A stretch of DNA of 64,000 bases from Candidatus Anstonellales archaeon (GTDB lineage: Archaea; Micrarchaeota; Micrarchaeia; Anstonellales; J096): positions 98,611 through 162,610 of the forward strand of contig JAWAFI010000001.1 in NCBI GenBank assembly GCA_038890615.1, written 5' to 3'. How positions within the stretch are numbered: the first letter of the stretch is position 1; each line of letters opens with the position of its first letter. The notes beneath the pieces are model-generated. The model was given only the letters and a program-made list of their open reading frames with translations, was not told the origin of the DNA and ran no database searches. The position numbers were made by a program, and so were the translations under genes. Below, in pieces: positions 57,467-64,000 of this stretch.

Positions 57467-57561
57467 GGGGTCATGGTGTAACTTGGCAGCACGGCAGGCT
57501 CCAGGTTTAGAAGAAACCTGCAAGCTGGGGTTCAAAAGCAGAACAAATCCCCATGACCCCA
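57467..57561 (+). tRNA. tRNA-Trp(CCA) with two 11-nt introns (37/38: 57505-57515; 58/59: 57536-57546)
   Basis: GGGGTCA/TGACCCC acceptor stem; removing the two inserts restores a 73-nt cloverleaf with a CT-CCA-GA anticodon loop and TTCAAAT T-loop. Confidence 0.88.
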
Positions 57562-57582
57562 ACAAGCTCCAAGGTGCGCAAA

Positions 57583-58149
57583 ATGGAAGTAAGGAAGCTT
57601 GACCCTAAGATAAGGATCAAGATGCTGCTCCCAGTGCTTATAATTGTTTTTGTTATAGTGTTGGCATCAGCCATTTTGGGAAGCCTAAAGATACTCAATG
57701 TGCCTCCCTTCTATATAGCGCTCCTCTGCCTGCTCATACTCATCCCTGCGATAATATATGTAGAGATTTACTACCGCAGGTTCGAAGTTCATATAGAGAA
57801 GGACAAGATAATAGTAAAGAAAGGCATCGTATTAAGGAAAAACATAATGATACCGTTTGACAAAATACAGGATGTAACCATAGAGAAAAACATAGTAGAG
57901 CACCTGCTTGGCATAGGCATAGTGAAAATAGAGACAGCAGGGACAAACCCATTGGAATCAGAAGGGATCATAGATGGAATAAGCAACTACAGGGAATTCG
58001 CGAGCATGCTTATAGAGGCAAGCAGGGCTGAAAGGGCTGAAAGCGAGATTGAGAGGATGGATGGGATAAGCCTGTTGGCCCAGGAGATGGAAATGCTTAG
58101 GGAAGAGATACGCAAGCTCAACGAAAGCATCAAGAAAATGAAAAAATAG
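57583..58149 (+). CDS. Membrane protein with a bacterial PH (bPH_2/YdbS-like) domain
   Basis: Two TMs, then KKGIV..IPFDKIQDV...LLGIG.VKIETAG; start reset to MEVRK after the AAGGTG SD. Confidence 0.85.
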   Translation: MEVRKLDPKIRIKMLLPVLIIVFVIVLASAILGSLKILNVPPFYIALLCLLILIPAIIYVEIYYRRFEVHIEKDKIIVKKGIVLRKNIMIPFDKIQDVTIEKNIVEHLLGIGIVKIETAGTNPLESEGIIDGISNYREFASMLIEASRAERAESEIERMDGISLLAQEMEMLREEIRKLNESIKKMKK

Positions 58150-58184
58150 CATAATGTTAAAAAATTAACTGAGCTGAGAAGAGT

Positions 58185-58376
58185 ATGGCAGAACTAATTC
58201 TTACAAAGTACGAGATGGCCCGCATTATTGGAGCAAGGGCGCTCCAGCTGGCATTTGGCGCGCCACCTCTGGTTAAGCCAGAGCCAGGGGCATCTTTCAT
58301 AGAAGTGGCCAAGCTTGAGCTTGAAAATGGCGTGATCCCACTGCACCCTATAAGAAAGATGGCAGCTGAAAGCTGA
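58185..58376 (+). CDS. rpoK: RNA polymerase subunit Rpo6 (K)
   Basis: LTKYEMARIIGARALQL..GAP. Confidence 0.95.
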   Translation: MAELILTKYEMARIIGARALQLAFGAPPLVKPEPGASFIEVAKLELENGVIPLHPIRKMAAES

Positions 58377-59857
58377 TGAGCAAGCTTGACCAGAACCCTT
58401 ACTTGGGCACCACTACAACAAGCATCGCTAGCTTGATATACCAATTTGGAGGGTTCTTGACCTACCTAATAATATTCAGCTTCCTTCCTCCAGAGCAGAG
58501 CGGCCTGTACTTCCTTGTTTATGCTTTCTATGGTCTTATAGGGGTATTCACAAGCATAGGCTTTGGGGAGGTAATATCACGCTATGTGCCCTTTTACAGG
58601 GCAAGGGAGGAGCACAGAAAAGCATCTTCAGTGTTGTACACAAGCTTGGCCTTGAACTTAGGGATGCTCATTATAGCGCTTGCCGTAGTGAGCAGGGCAG
58701 AGCTGGTAAGCTTGTACAACGCAGAGCTTAGCAATGCAATAACCCCTGCAGTCCTTTTCTTCGGCCTTGCTATGCTTGTGCAGAATGTCCTTATATATTC
58801 AATGTTCGGAACTGAGCAGTATACTAAACAGGCAGGGCTCAATGCTTTCCAGGGGCTAATGAAGCCAGTGGCTACTTACATTGCGCTTGCCAATGGCATG
58901 GGCATAGATGGGATCTTTCTTATGCAAGGGGCTCTTTTCCTTTTTATAGACGCACTAACTATGGGCTTTATAATTGCAAGGGTGAGGCCTGCTTTTGGAG
59001 CAATAGAGAACACTTCTGAGATACTTAAGTTCGGATTTTTCTCAGGGCTCAACAGCGTGATGGGCTATGTGCTTGGGTGGATGGATGTTGTAATATTAGG
59101 GTTCTTTACATCAACAGCAGTTGTGGCAGTTTATGGGTTCAGCGTGCTTATCACAAGGAATGTGATCCCTTTTGTTTCAGGCATGGCATCGAGCATAGCC
59201 CTGCCTGCATTCAGCAGGAAGGAGGGCAAGGGGGCAAGCATAAGCGTTTACAGCAGGCCTCTTTACATAATCTCGCTTTACTCAGCATCCTTCTTCTTTT
59301 TTGTTGCCCTAACTGTAGCGCCTTTCCTAATACATGTTTTCTTTGAGCAATATGAAGAGGCGAATGCCTATATGCCCCTGCTTGGGATTGCAATGGTGGC
59401 ATCAGCAGCAGCCAATCCGCTCAAAAGCTTCCTTTTTGCAAAAGTCAGGAGCGACTCTGTTGCAAAAGCAGCATTCATTGCTGCTGGGTCGAATGCCATA
59501 ATGAACATAGCGCTTGTGCCTTTCATTGGCGCAATGGGGGCCTCCATTTCAACTGCTGTTGCAATGCTCCTTTACTTGGCATACGTAGCCATGGAAATAA
59601 GAAAGCAAGGGGTGGAAGTGGCTGACTGGAGGAGCTATATGCTTTTTGGCTTACTTGCATTCTCATCAGCCATATTCATGTATGATTACTACTCAGGTGC
59701 TGGGATAGAAAGGGTTCTTTTTCACATGGGGGCGCTGCTCATAACGCTTACGCTTTATATATACTTTACTCTGGAGAAGGAGGAATTTGATTTCATAAAA
59801 GAAGCGATAAAGAGGGTTTCCCATGCTGCAGGAATCCCTTTTCCCCTTCCTGAGTGA
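58376..59857 (+). CDS. Oligosaccharide flippase (Wzx/MOP superfamily)
   Basis: ~12-14 TMs, D..ILG, LPAFS, NIALVPFIGAMGA. Confidence 0.85.
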   Translation: MSKLDQNPYLGTTTTSIASLIYQFGGFLTYLIIFSFLPPEQSGLYFLVYAFYGLIGVFTSIGFGEVISRYVPFYRAREEHRKASSVLYTSLALNLGMLIIALAVVSRAELVSLYNAELSNAITPAVLFFGLAMLVQNVLIYSMFGTEQYTKQAGLNAFQGLMKPVATYIALANGMGIDGIFLMQGALFLFIDALTMGFIIARVRPAFGAIENTSEILKFGFFSGLNSVMGYVLGWMDVVILGFFTSTAVVAVYGFSVLITRNVIPFVSGMASSIALPAFSRKEGKGASISVYSRPLYIISLYSASFFFFVALTVAPFLIHVFFEQYEEANAYMPLLGIAMVASAAANPLKSFLFAKVRSDSVAKAAFIAAGSNAIMNIALVPFIGAMGASISTAVAMLLYLAYVAMEIRKQGVEVADWRSYMLFGLLAFSSAIFMYDYYSGAGIERVLFHMGALLITLTLYIYFTLEKEEFDFIKEAIKRVSHAAGIPFPLPE

Positions 59858-60089
59858 TAAGAGAAAAAAGGAAAAATAACTCCTCTTTGGAATAGCCCTC
59901 TTTTATCTTCATTGGGACGCCAAGCGACCTAGCCAAAGAGATGTTCTTGCGCATCAATGAGAGCTTAACGGCTTTTTCCATTGGAGTGCCTTTTGATAGC
60001 TGGGAGAAGTCTATTTCTAGAAAATCGCGCTTGGTTTCGCCTGCCTTGGCCAGTCTTGCCCTGTCTGGCTTTGAATGCGCAGCTATCAA
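59793..60089 (-). CDS. Short Rpp30-like protein (RNase P component 3 fragment)
   Basis: LEIDFS...MRKNISLARSLGVP resembles the Rpp30 C-terminal half; directly after rpl15e, the usual position of rnp3. Confidence 0.55.
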   Translation of the reverse strand: MIAAHSKPDRARLAKAGETKRDFLEIDFSQLSKGTPMEKAVKLSLMRKNISLARSLGVPMKIKEGYSKEELFFLFSLITQEGEKGFLQHGKPSLSLLL

Positions 60090-60553
60090 AGACCTCTTCC
60101 CTTCTTGCCTGCCCTAGTCAGACCCCTGTCAGCCCTTCCTTTCTCCTTCATCCCTTTCTTTAGTATTACCTCAAAGTATTTTGATAGCCCGTCTTCGCCA
60201 ACCCAGTATGAGCCTACCACTTCATAACCAAGGTGCCTCAGCTTCTTCCATGCCCTCACTTCTGCCATTGCCTGCCTTGATTTTCCAGGGGATAAGAACC
60301 TTACATTCTTTGCTGGCTTTCTCCCTCCTCTTGGCGAAGGCCTGTGCCTCCTTCCTCTCCTTACCCTTACCCTCACCACTGCAAACTCAGGCTTTGCCCT
60401 GTAGCCCCTTGCCCTTGCAGAAGCAATGTTGGTGGGCTTATCCACTACTACTATTGAGCCCTCTGAATTCCATTTCCTTATCCTCGCCCTGTACTCCTCG
60501 CTCCTTTCCTTGTACTGCATCTGGAATGTTTTTGATATGGCCCTGTATGGCAA
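60086..60553 (-). CDS. rpl15e: 50S ribosomal protein L15e
   Basis: KPTNIASARARGYRAK, VVRVRV, SYWVGEDG..KYFEVIL, RGLTRAGKKGRGL; TTG start with GAGGTG SD. Confidence 0.93.
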   Translation of the reverse strand: MPYRAISKTFQMQYKERSEEYRARIRKWNSEGSIVVVDKPTNIASARARGYRAKPEFAVVRVRVRRGRRHRPSPRGGRKPAKNVRFLSPGKSRQAMAEVRAWKKLRHLGYEVVGSYWVGEDGLSKYFEVILKKGMKEKGRADRGLTRAGKKGRGL

Positions 60554-60616
60554 TTAAAACACCTCATGATATCAGCTTCAAAAAGCTTTTTAATACTTGC
60601 TGCATAAGGGTTTTTG

Positions 60617-60955
60617 ATGGAAGATACTAAGTCAAGCATACTTAGGGTTATAAAGGAAATTAAAGAAGCAGAGGAGGAGGCCAAAATAATAAGGCAAAAT
60701 GGTGAAAAGGAAGTGGAAAGCATAAAGGAGCATTACAAAAAAGAGGTATTGGCTGTTAAGGAAAGAGGAAAGGAAAGGGGTGAGCAGGAAAGGGCTAAGA
60801 TAATGGCTGATAAGAAAAAAGAGATCCAACTTACTATTGATAGGATGAGGAAGGAAGGGGAAAGGGAGGCAAAGGAGATAAATACCAAAAGCCTTACTGA
60901 ACCTCAGAAGAAAAGGATTTACGAGGAATTTGTTTCGCTTATTGATAGGGTGTAG
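60617..60955 (+). CDS. A/V-type ATP synthase subunit H (G)
   Basis: IKEIKEAEEEAKII charged helix; first gene of the ATPase operon. Confidence 0.75.
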   Translation: MEDTKSSILRVIKEIKEAEEEAKIIRQNGEKEVESIKEHYKKEVLAVKERGKERGEQERAKIMADKKKEIQLTIDRMRKEGEREAKEINTKSLTEPQKKRIYEEFVSLIDRV

Positions 60956-60960
60956 CTCTA

Positions 60961-62769
60961 ATGTTGAGGCCTGTGCACATAGAAAAGCTAGTGGCAGTGG
61001 GAAGCCAGAAGGTGCAGAAGAGGTTCATTAGGGAGATCCATAACTTAGGGATTGTAGAGATAAAGATAGCAAGCATAGAAGGGGTTGAGAGAGAGGGAAT
61101 TGGGAAAAATTTTGACAAGCTCAGCAACCTGCTTGGGAAGCTTAGGGCAGTGGTAGGGGCTCTTGGAGGAAGGACAAGGATGGAGTACATTGAGAATTGG
61201 AAGGAAGAAGCAAAGGCGTTTGAGGAGAGCAAGCTCTATGAAACAATTGGGTCTCTTGAAAGAGAAATAAAGCAAAGCAAAGAGAGGATTGCTGATATAG
61301 AGAGAGAAGAAGCCCTGCTGCACCCATTTGAAGGGGTTGATTTTGGGGATCTTGAATGCGAATCAATAAAGGTTTTTGCAGGAAGAATAAAGAAAGGGAA
61401 GGATTCAAAAAAGGCAATAGAGAAATGGTTCTATAAGATATGGAAGACAGAAAGGGGGGAATGGATATATTTCCTTGGAATAGCAAAAGAAGGGGTTGAG
61501 GGGGATATAGAAAAAGCGGACGCAGAATTTATTGATTTTAAAGTTGGCAATGTTGATGCAGAGCTAAAGGAGCTTGAGTTTGAAAAAGGCCTTCTCCAAA
61601 GGAAGATAGAGGAAGCAGGCAAAAAGAAAGAAGAAATAGCAAAAGAATGGCTGGAAAGGCTGCAGAAGCTCAAAGGCACTTTGAAGATACTTATTGAGAG
61701 GGAAAAGGTTTTGGGAAATTTGGGCAAAGTGGAAGGGGCTTTCGTACTTGAGGGCTGGATAAGGGAAAAGGATATAAGGAGGCTTGATGACTTGATAGAG
61801 AGGGAGTTCAAGGGAAGGATATATTTTGAAACTTATGAAGATGATAAAGCTCCAACAGAGCTTTCAAACCCAAAATTCGTGAGGAACTTCGAGTTTTTGG
61901 TGGAATTCTTCTCATTGCCAAAGTCATGGGAAATAGACCCTACCTTGCTTCTCTTCTTCACATTCCCTGTGCTTTATGGCATGATGGTTGGCGATGTTGG
62001 CTATGGGGTAATATCGCTAATTTTTGCATGGATAATAAAGGACAAGGTGAAGCCACTTGAAAGGATGGGGAAGGTGTGGATCATCTCATCAGTATATGCA
62101 ATAATCTTTGGGGTAATATTTGATGAATGGATGGGGGTGCCAAACTCAGAGATATTCAGGATTCTAAGGGAGTTTGGGATTGACCTTGGCATAACTAGCA
62201 TTTACACAGGGTTCAGCAGGCTGCACAATGTCAACGAGCTCATAATGATTTCAGCAGGCATAGGTTTTGTTTATATAGTGCTTGGCTTCATACTTGGCGC
62301 AATAAATGAGTGGGGCCACAGCAAGAAGCACTCTTTAGGAAAGGTAGGGTGGGTTGTGTTTATGCTTTCTGTGCCTGCTTACTTGGCTACCCAGAATGCC
62401 ATCCTTGCAGGAGGGATGGCAGGGGCAGGGCTGTTGATGATTATTTTTGGGGAGGGCATTGGAGGGCTTTTTGAAATAGGCACAGTGCTAGGCAATGTGC
62501 TTTCATATGCAAGGATTGCTGCAGTAGGGGTGTCAGGGGTTGTGCTGGCAGAGATAATAAACGAGGCATTTATGCCAAGGCCAGAAATGGGCTGGCTTGC
62601 AATAATGGTGTTCCCCTTGCTTATGGTTTTCCATTTCCTTAATGCAGGCCTGGCAATGTTTGAGTCAACAATCCAAGGCGGAAGGCTCAACCTTGTAGAG
62701 TTCTACTCCAAGTTTTTCAAAGGAGGGGGGAGGGTGTTCAAGCCCTTCTTCGTAGAAAAAATAAGGTGA
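60961..62769 (+). CDS. atpI: A/V-type ATP synthase subunit I
   Basis: EIDPT, YGMMVGDVGYG, SYARI, RLNLVEFYSKFF. Confidence 0.95.
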   Translation: MLRPVHIEKLVAVGSQKVQKRFIREIHNLGIVEIKIASIEGVEREGIGKNFDKLSNLLGKLRAVVGALGGRTRMEYIENWKEEAKAFEESKLYETIGSLEREIKQSKERIADIEREEALLHPFEGVDFGDLECESIKVFAGRIKKGKDSKKAIEKWFYKIWKTERGEWIYFLGIAKEGVEGDIEKADAEFIDFKVGNVDAELKELEFEKGLLQRKIEEAGKKKEEIAKEWLERLQKLKGTLKILIEREKVLGNLGKVEGAFVLEGWIREKDIRRLDDLIEREFKGRIYFETYEDDKAPTELSNPKFVRNFEFLVEFFSLPKSWEIDPTLLLFFTFPVLYGMMVGDVGYGVISLIFAWIIKDKVKPLERMGKVWIISSVYAIIFGVIFDEWMGVPNSEIFRILREFGIDLGITSIYTGFSRLHNVNELIMISAGIGFVYIVLGFILGAINEWGHSKKHSLGKVGWVVFMLSVPAYLATQNAILAGGMAGAGLLMIIFGEGIGGLFEIGTVLGNVLSYARIAAVGVSGVVLAEIINEAFMPRPEMGWLAIMVFPLLMVFHFLNAGLAMFESTIQGGRLNLVEFYSKFFKGGGRVFKPFFVEKIR

Positions 62770-62773
62770 ATAT

Positions 62774-63061
62774 ATGGTGTTGGTAGAAACAGTTGGTGCC
62801 ATTGCATTGGCATCTGGTATAGCGATAGCATGCGGAGCAATAGCGACTGCATATGCACAGGCAAGCATAGGTTCTGCAGCAATGGGGGTAATAGCAGAGA
62901 AGCCAGAGTCAAGCGGAATGCTTCTCATTTACCTTGCATTGCCAGAGACAATACTTATTCTATCCTTCATAGTTGCATTCCTTCTAACAAGCGAGATGAA
63001 GAACGCCATGGCAGCAGCAGGGGCAGGGGAGGCTGCACACGCAGCAGAAGCAGCATCTTAG
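62774..63061 (+). CDS. atpK: A/V-type ATP synthase subunit K (c)
   Basis: AQASIG..AEKPE..ALPET; single hairpin. Confidence 0.92.
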   Translation: MVLVETVGAIALASGIAIACGAIATAYAQASIGSAAMGVIAEKPESSGMLLIYLALPETILILSFIVAFLLTSEMKNAMAAAGAGEAAHAAEAAS

Positions 63062-63068
63062 AATTCCT

Positions 63069-63614
63069 ATGGAGATTGAAACATTAAAGACATCCCTTAT
63101 AGCTGAAGCAAGGAGAGATTCAAGCAAGCTAATAGAGAAAGCAAAGGCAGAGGGTGAAAAGGAGGTTCAGCAGGCAGAGAAAGAAGTAAAGGAGCTTATA
63201 GAGAAATGCAAGGAAGAAGCAAGGAAGGAAGCGCTTGAAATGGAGAAAGAAGAGATGGCAAGGGCTGCTGTTGAAAAGAAGAACAGGATAGCAGAGGAAA
63301 AGGCAAGGGTTGTTGATAGAGAGCTAGCAAAGATATATGAAATGGTTGAGAAGAGGATTGAGGAAGAGGAGGAATACCTTGATTTTCTTGAAAATAGGAT
63401 AGAGAAGGCGAGAAAGGAATATGGAGATATAACAGTCACAGCAGGAAAGGGGCTTAAGGGAAAGATTAAGGCTGACAAATGGTCAGATGAGCAAGGGGTT
63501 ATAGTGCATGCAAGGAAAGGGAGCATAGTGCTGGACTATAGGGTGAAGTCCATATTTGAGCAGCTGAAGCCACGCCTAAAAGGCATTATATACTCGGAGC
63601 TTTTCAAGCAATGA
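63069..63614 (+). CDS. atpE: A/V-type ATP synthase subunit E
   Basis: Charged N-terminal helix, GVIV...LDY; operon order. Confidence 0.85.
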   Translation: MEIETLKTSLIAEARRDSSKLIEKAKAEGEKEVQQAEKEVKELIEKCKEEARKEALEMEKEEMARAAVEKKNRIAEEKARVVDRELAKIYEMVEKRIEEEEEYLDFLENRIEKARKEYGDITVTAGKGLKGKIKADKWSDEQGVIVHARKGSIVLDYRVKSIFEQLKPRLKGIIYSELFKQ

Positions 63615-64000
63615 TAGAGGTCCTTAAGACACCTGAGTATGCATACGCCTATACTAGGACTAGGGCAATGAAGAGCATGATGCTGACCAGCAGGGATTAT
63701 GAGGACCTTCTTTCTGTAAAAACAGTGGAAGGGATGCTTGAGCTCCTTAGGAAAGGCCCTTACAGGCCCTACTTCAGCCAGGAGTTGCTTTTCCTGCCTG
63801 CGCCAGTAGCCATAGAGGGGGCGCTGACAAAAGCATTCTCAAGCTCGCTTGCAAAGATGGAGCGAATTGTGCCTGCAGATGGAAAGGAAACAGTAAGGGC
63901 CCTTGTTAGAAAATGGAAGGTAATAAACTTAGAGATACTGCTTTCGCACAGGATAGCAGGGGATCCATGGGAAGTTGTTGAAGGAAGCATGATAGAAGGG
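63611..64000 (+). CDS. atpC: A/V-type ATP synthase subunit C (partial)
   Basis: Manual translation MIEVLKTPEYAYAYTRTRAMKSMML...; runs off the window end. Confidence 0.85.
   Translation, partial: MIEVLKTPEYAYAYTRTRAMKSMMLTSRDYEDLLSVKTVEGMLELLRKGPYRPYFSQELLFLPAPVAIEGALTKAFSSSLAKMERIVPADGKETVRALVRKWKVINLEILLSHRIAGDPWEVVEGSMIEG

Noticed and set aside
57499..57516. UGA-reading (UCA) or selenocysteine tRNA
   Set aside because: The anticodon is CCA, there is no long variable arm, and TGA is used as a normal stop throughout the window
57553..57582. Protein start inside the tRNA-Trp acceptor stem
   Set aside because: A downstream ATG at 57583 has an SD-like AAGGTG, so the overlap is unnecessary

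Overview
A gene-dense archaeal chromosome segment, most consistent with a DPANN archaeon and probably Micrarchaeota. This is an inference from gene content and from a tRNA with two minimal introns. Core content: a HerA-like ATPase (partial), gatE, proS, smc, a PadR/ABC/COG1361 operon, cbf5, the distal half of the S10-spc ribosomal superoperon (aIF1 through L14e), a yhaM-like nuclease, dnaG, an MtaB-type methylthiotransferase, gpmI, a Tad/type IV pilus locus, rpo6, rpl15e and the start of the A/V-ATPase operon. There are four tRNAs: Arg-TCT, Asn-GTT, Gln-CTG and Trp-CCA, the last with two 11-nt introns. The most notable unexplained signals are: (1) two highly base-paired ~200-nt intergenic RNAs next to RNA-metabolism genes, one divergent from the yhaM-like gene and one a pseudoknotted leader of dnaG; (2) a four-gene orphan island at the break point of the ribosomal superoperon, whose signal-peptide-less, membrane-active-looking proteins share a new ~45-55 aa C-terminal domain (candidate effector/export system); (3) a miniature Rpp30-like protein, a DUF106 insertase with an inserted extracellular motif, and tandem winged-helix proteins beside the pilus locus. 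No CRISPR array, rRNA or transposase was seen. All alignments and RNA folds were done by eye.
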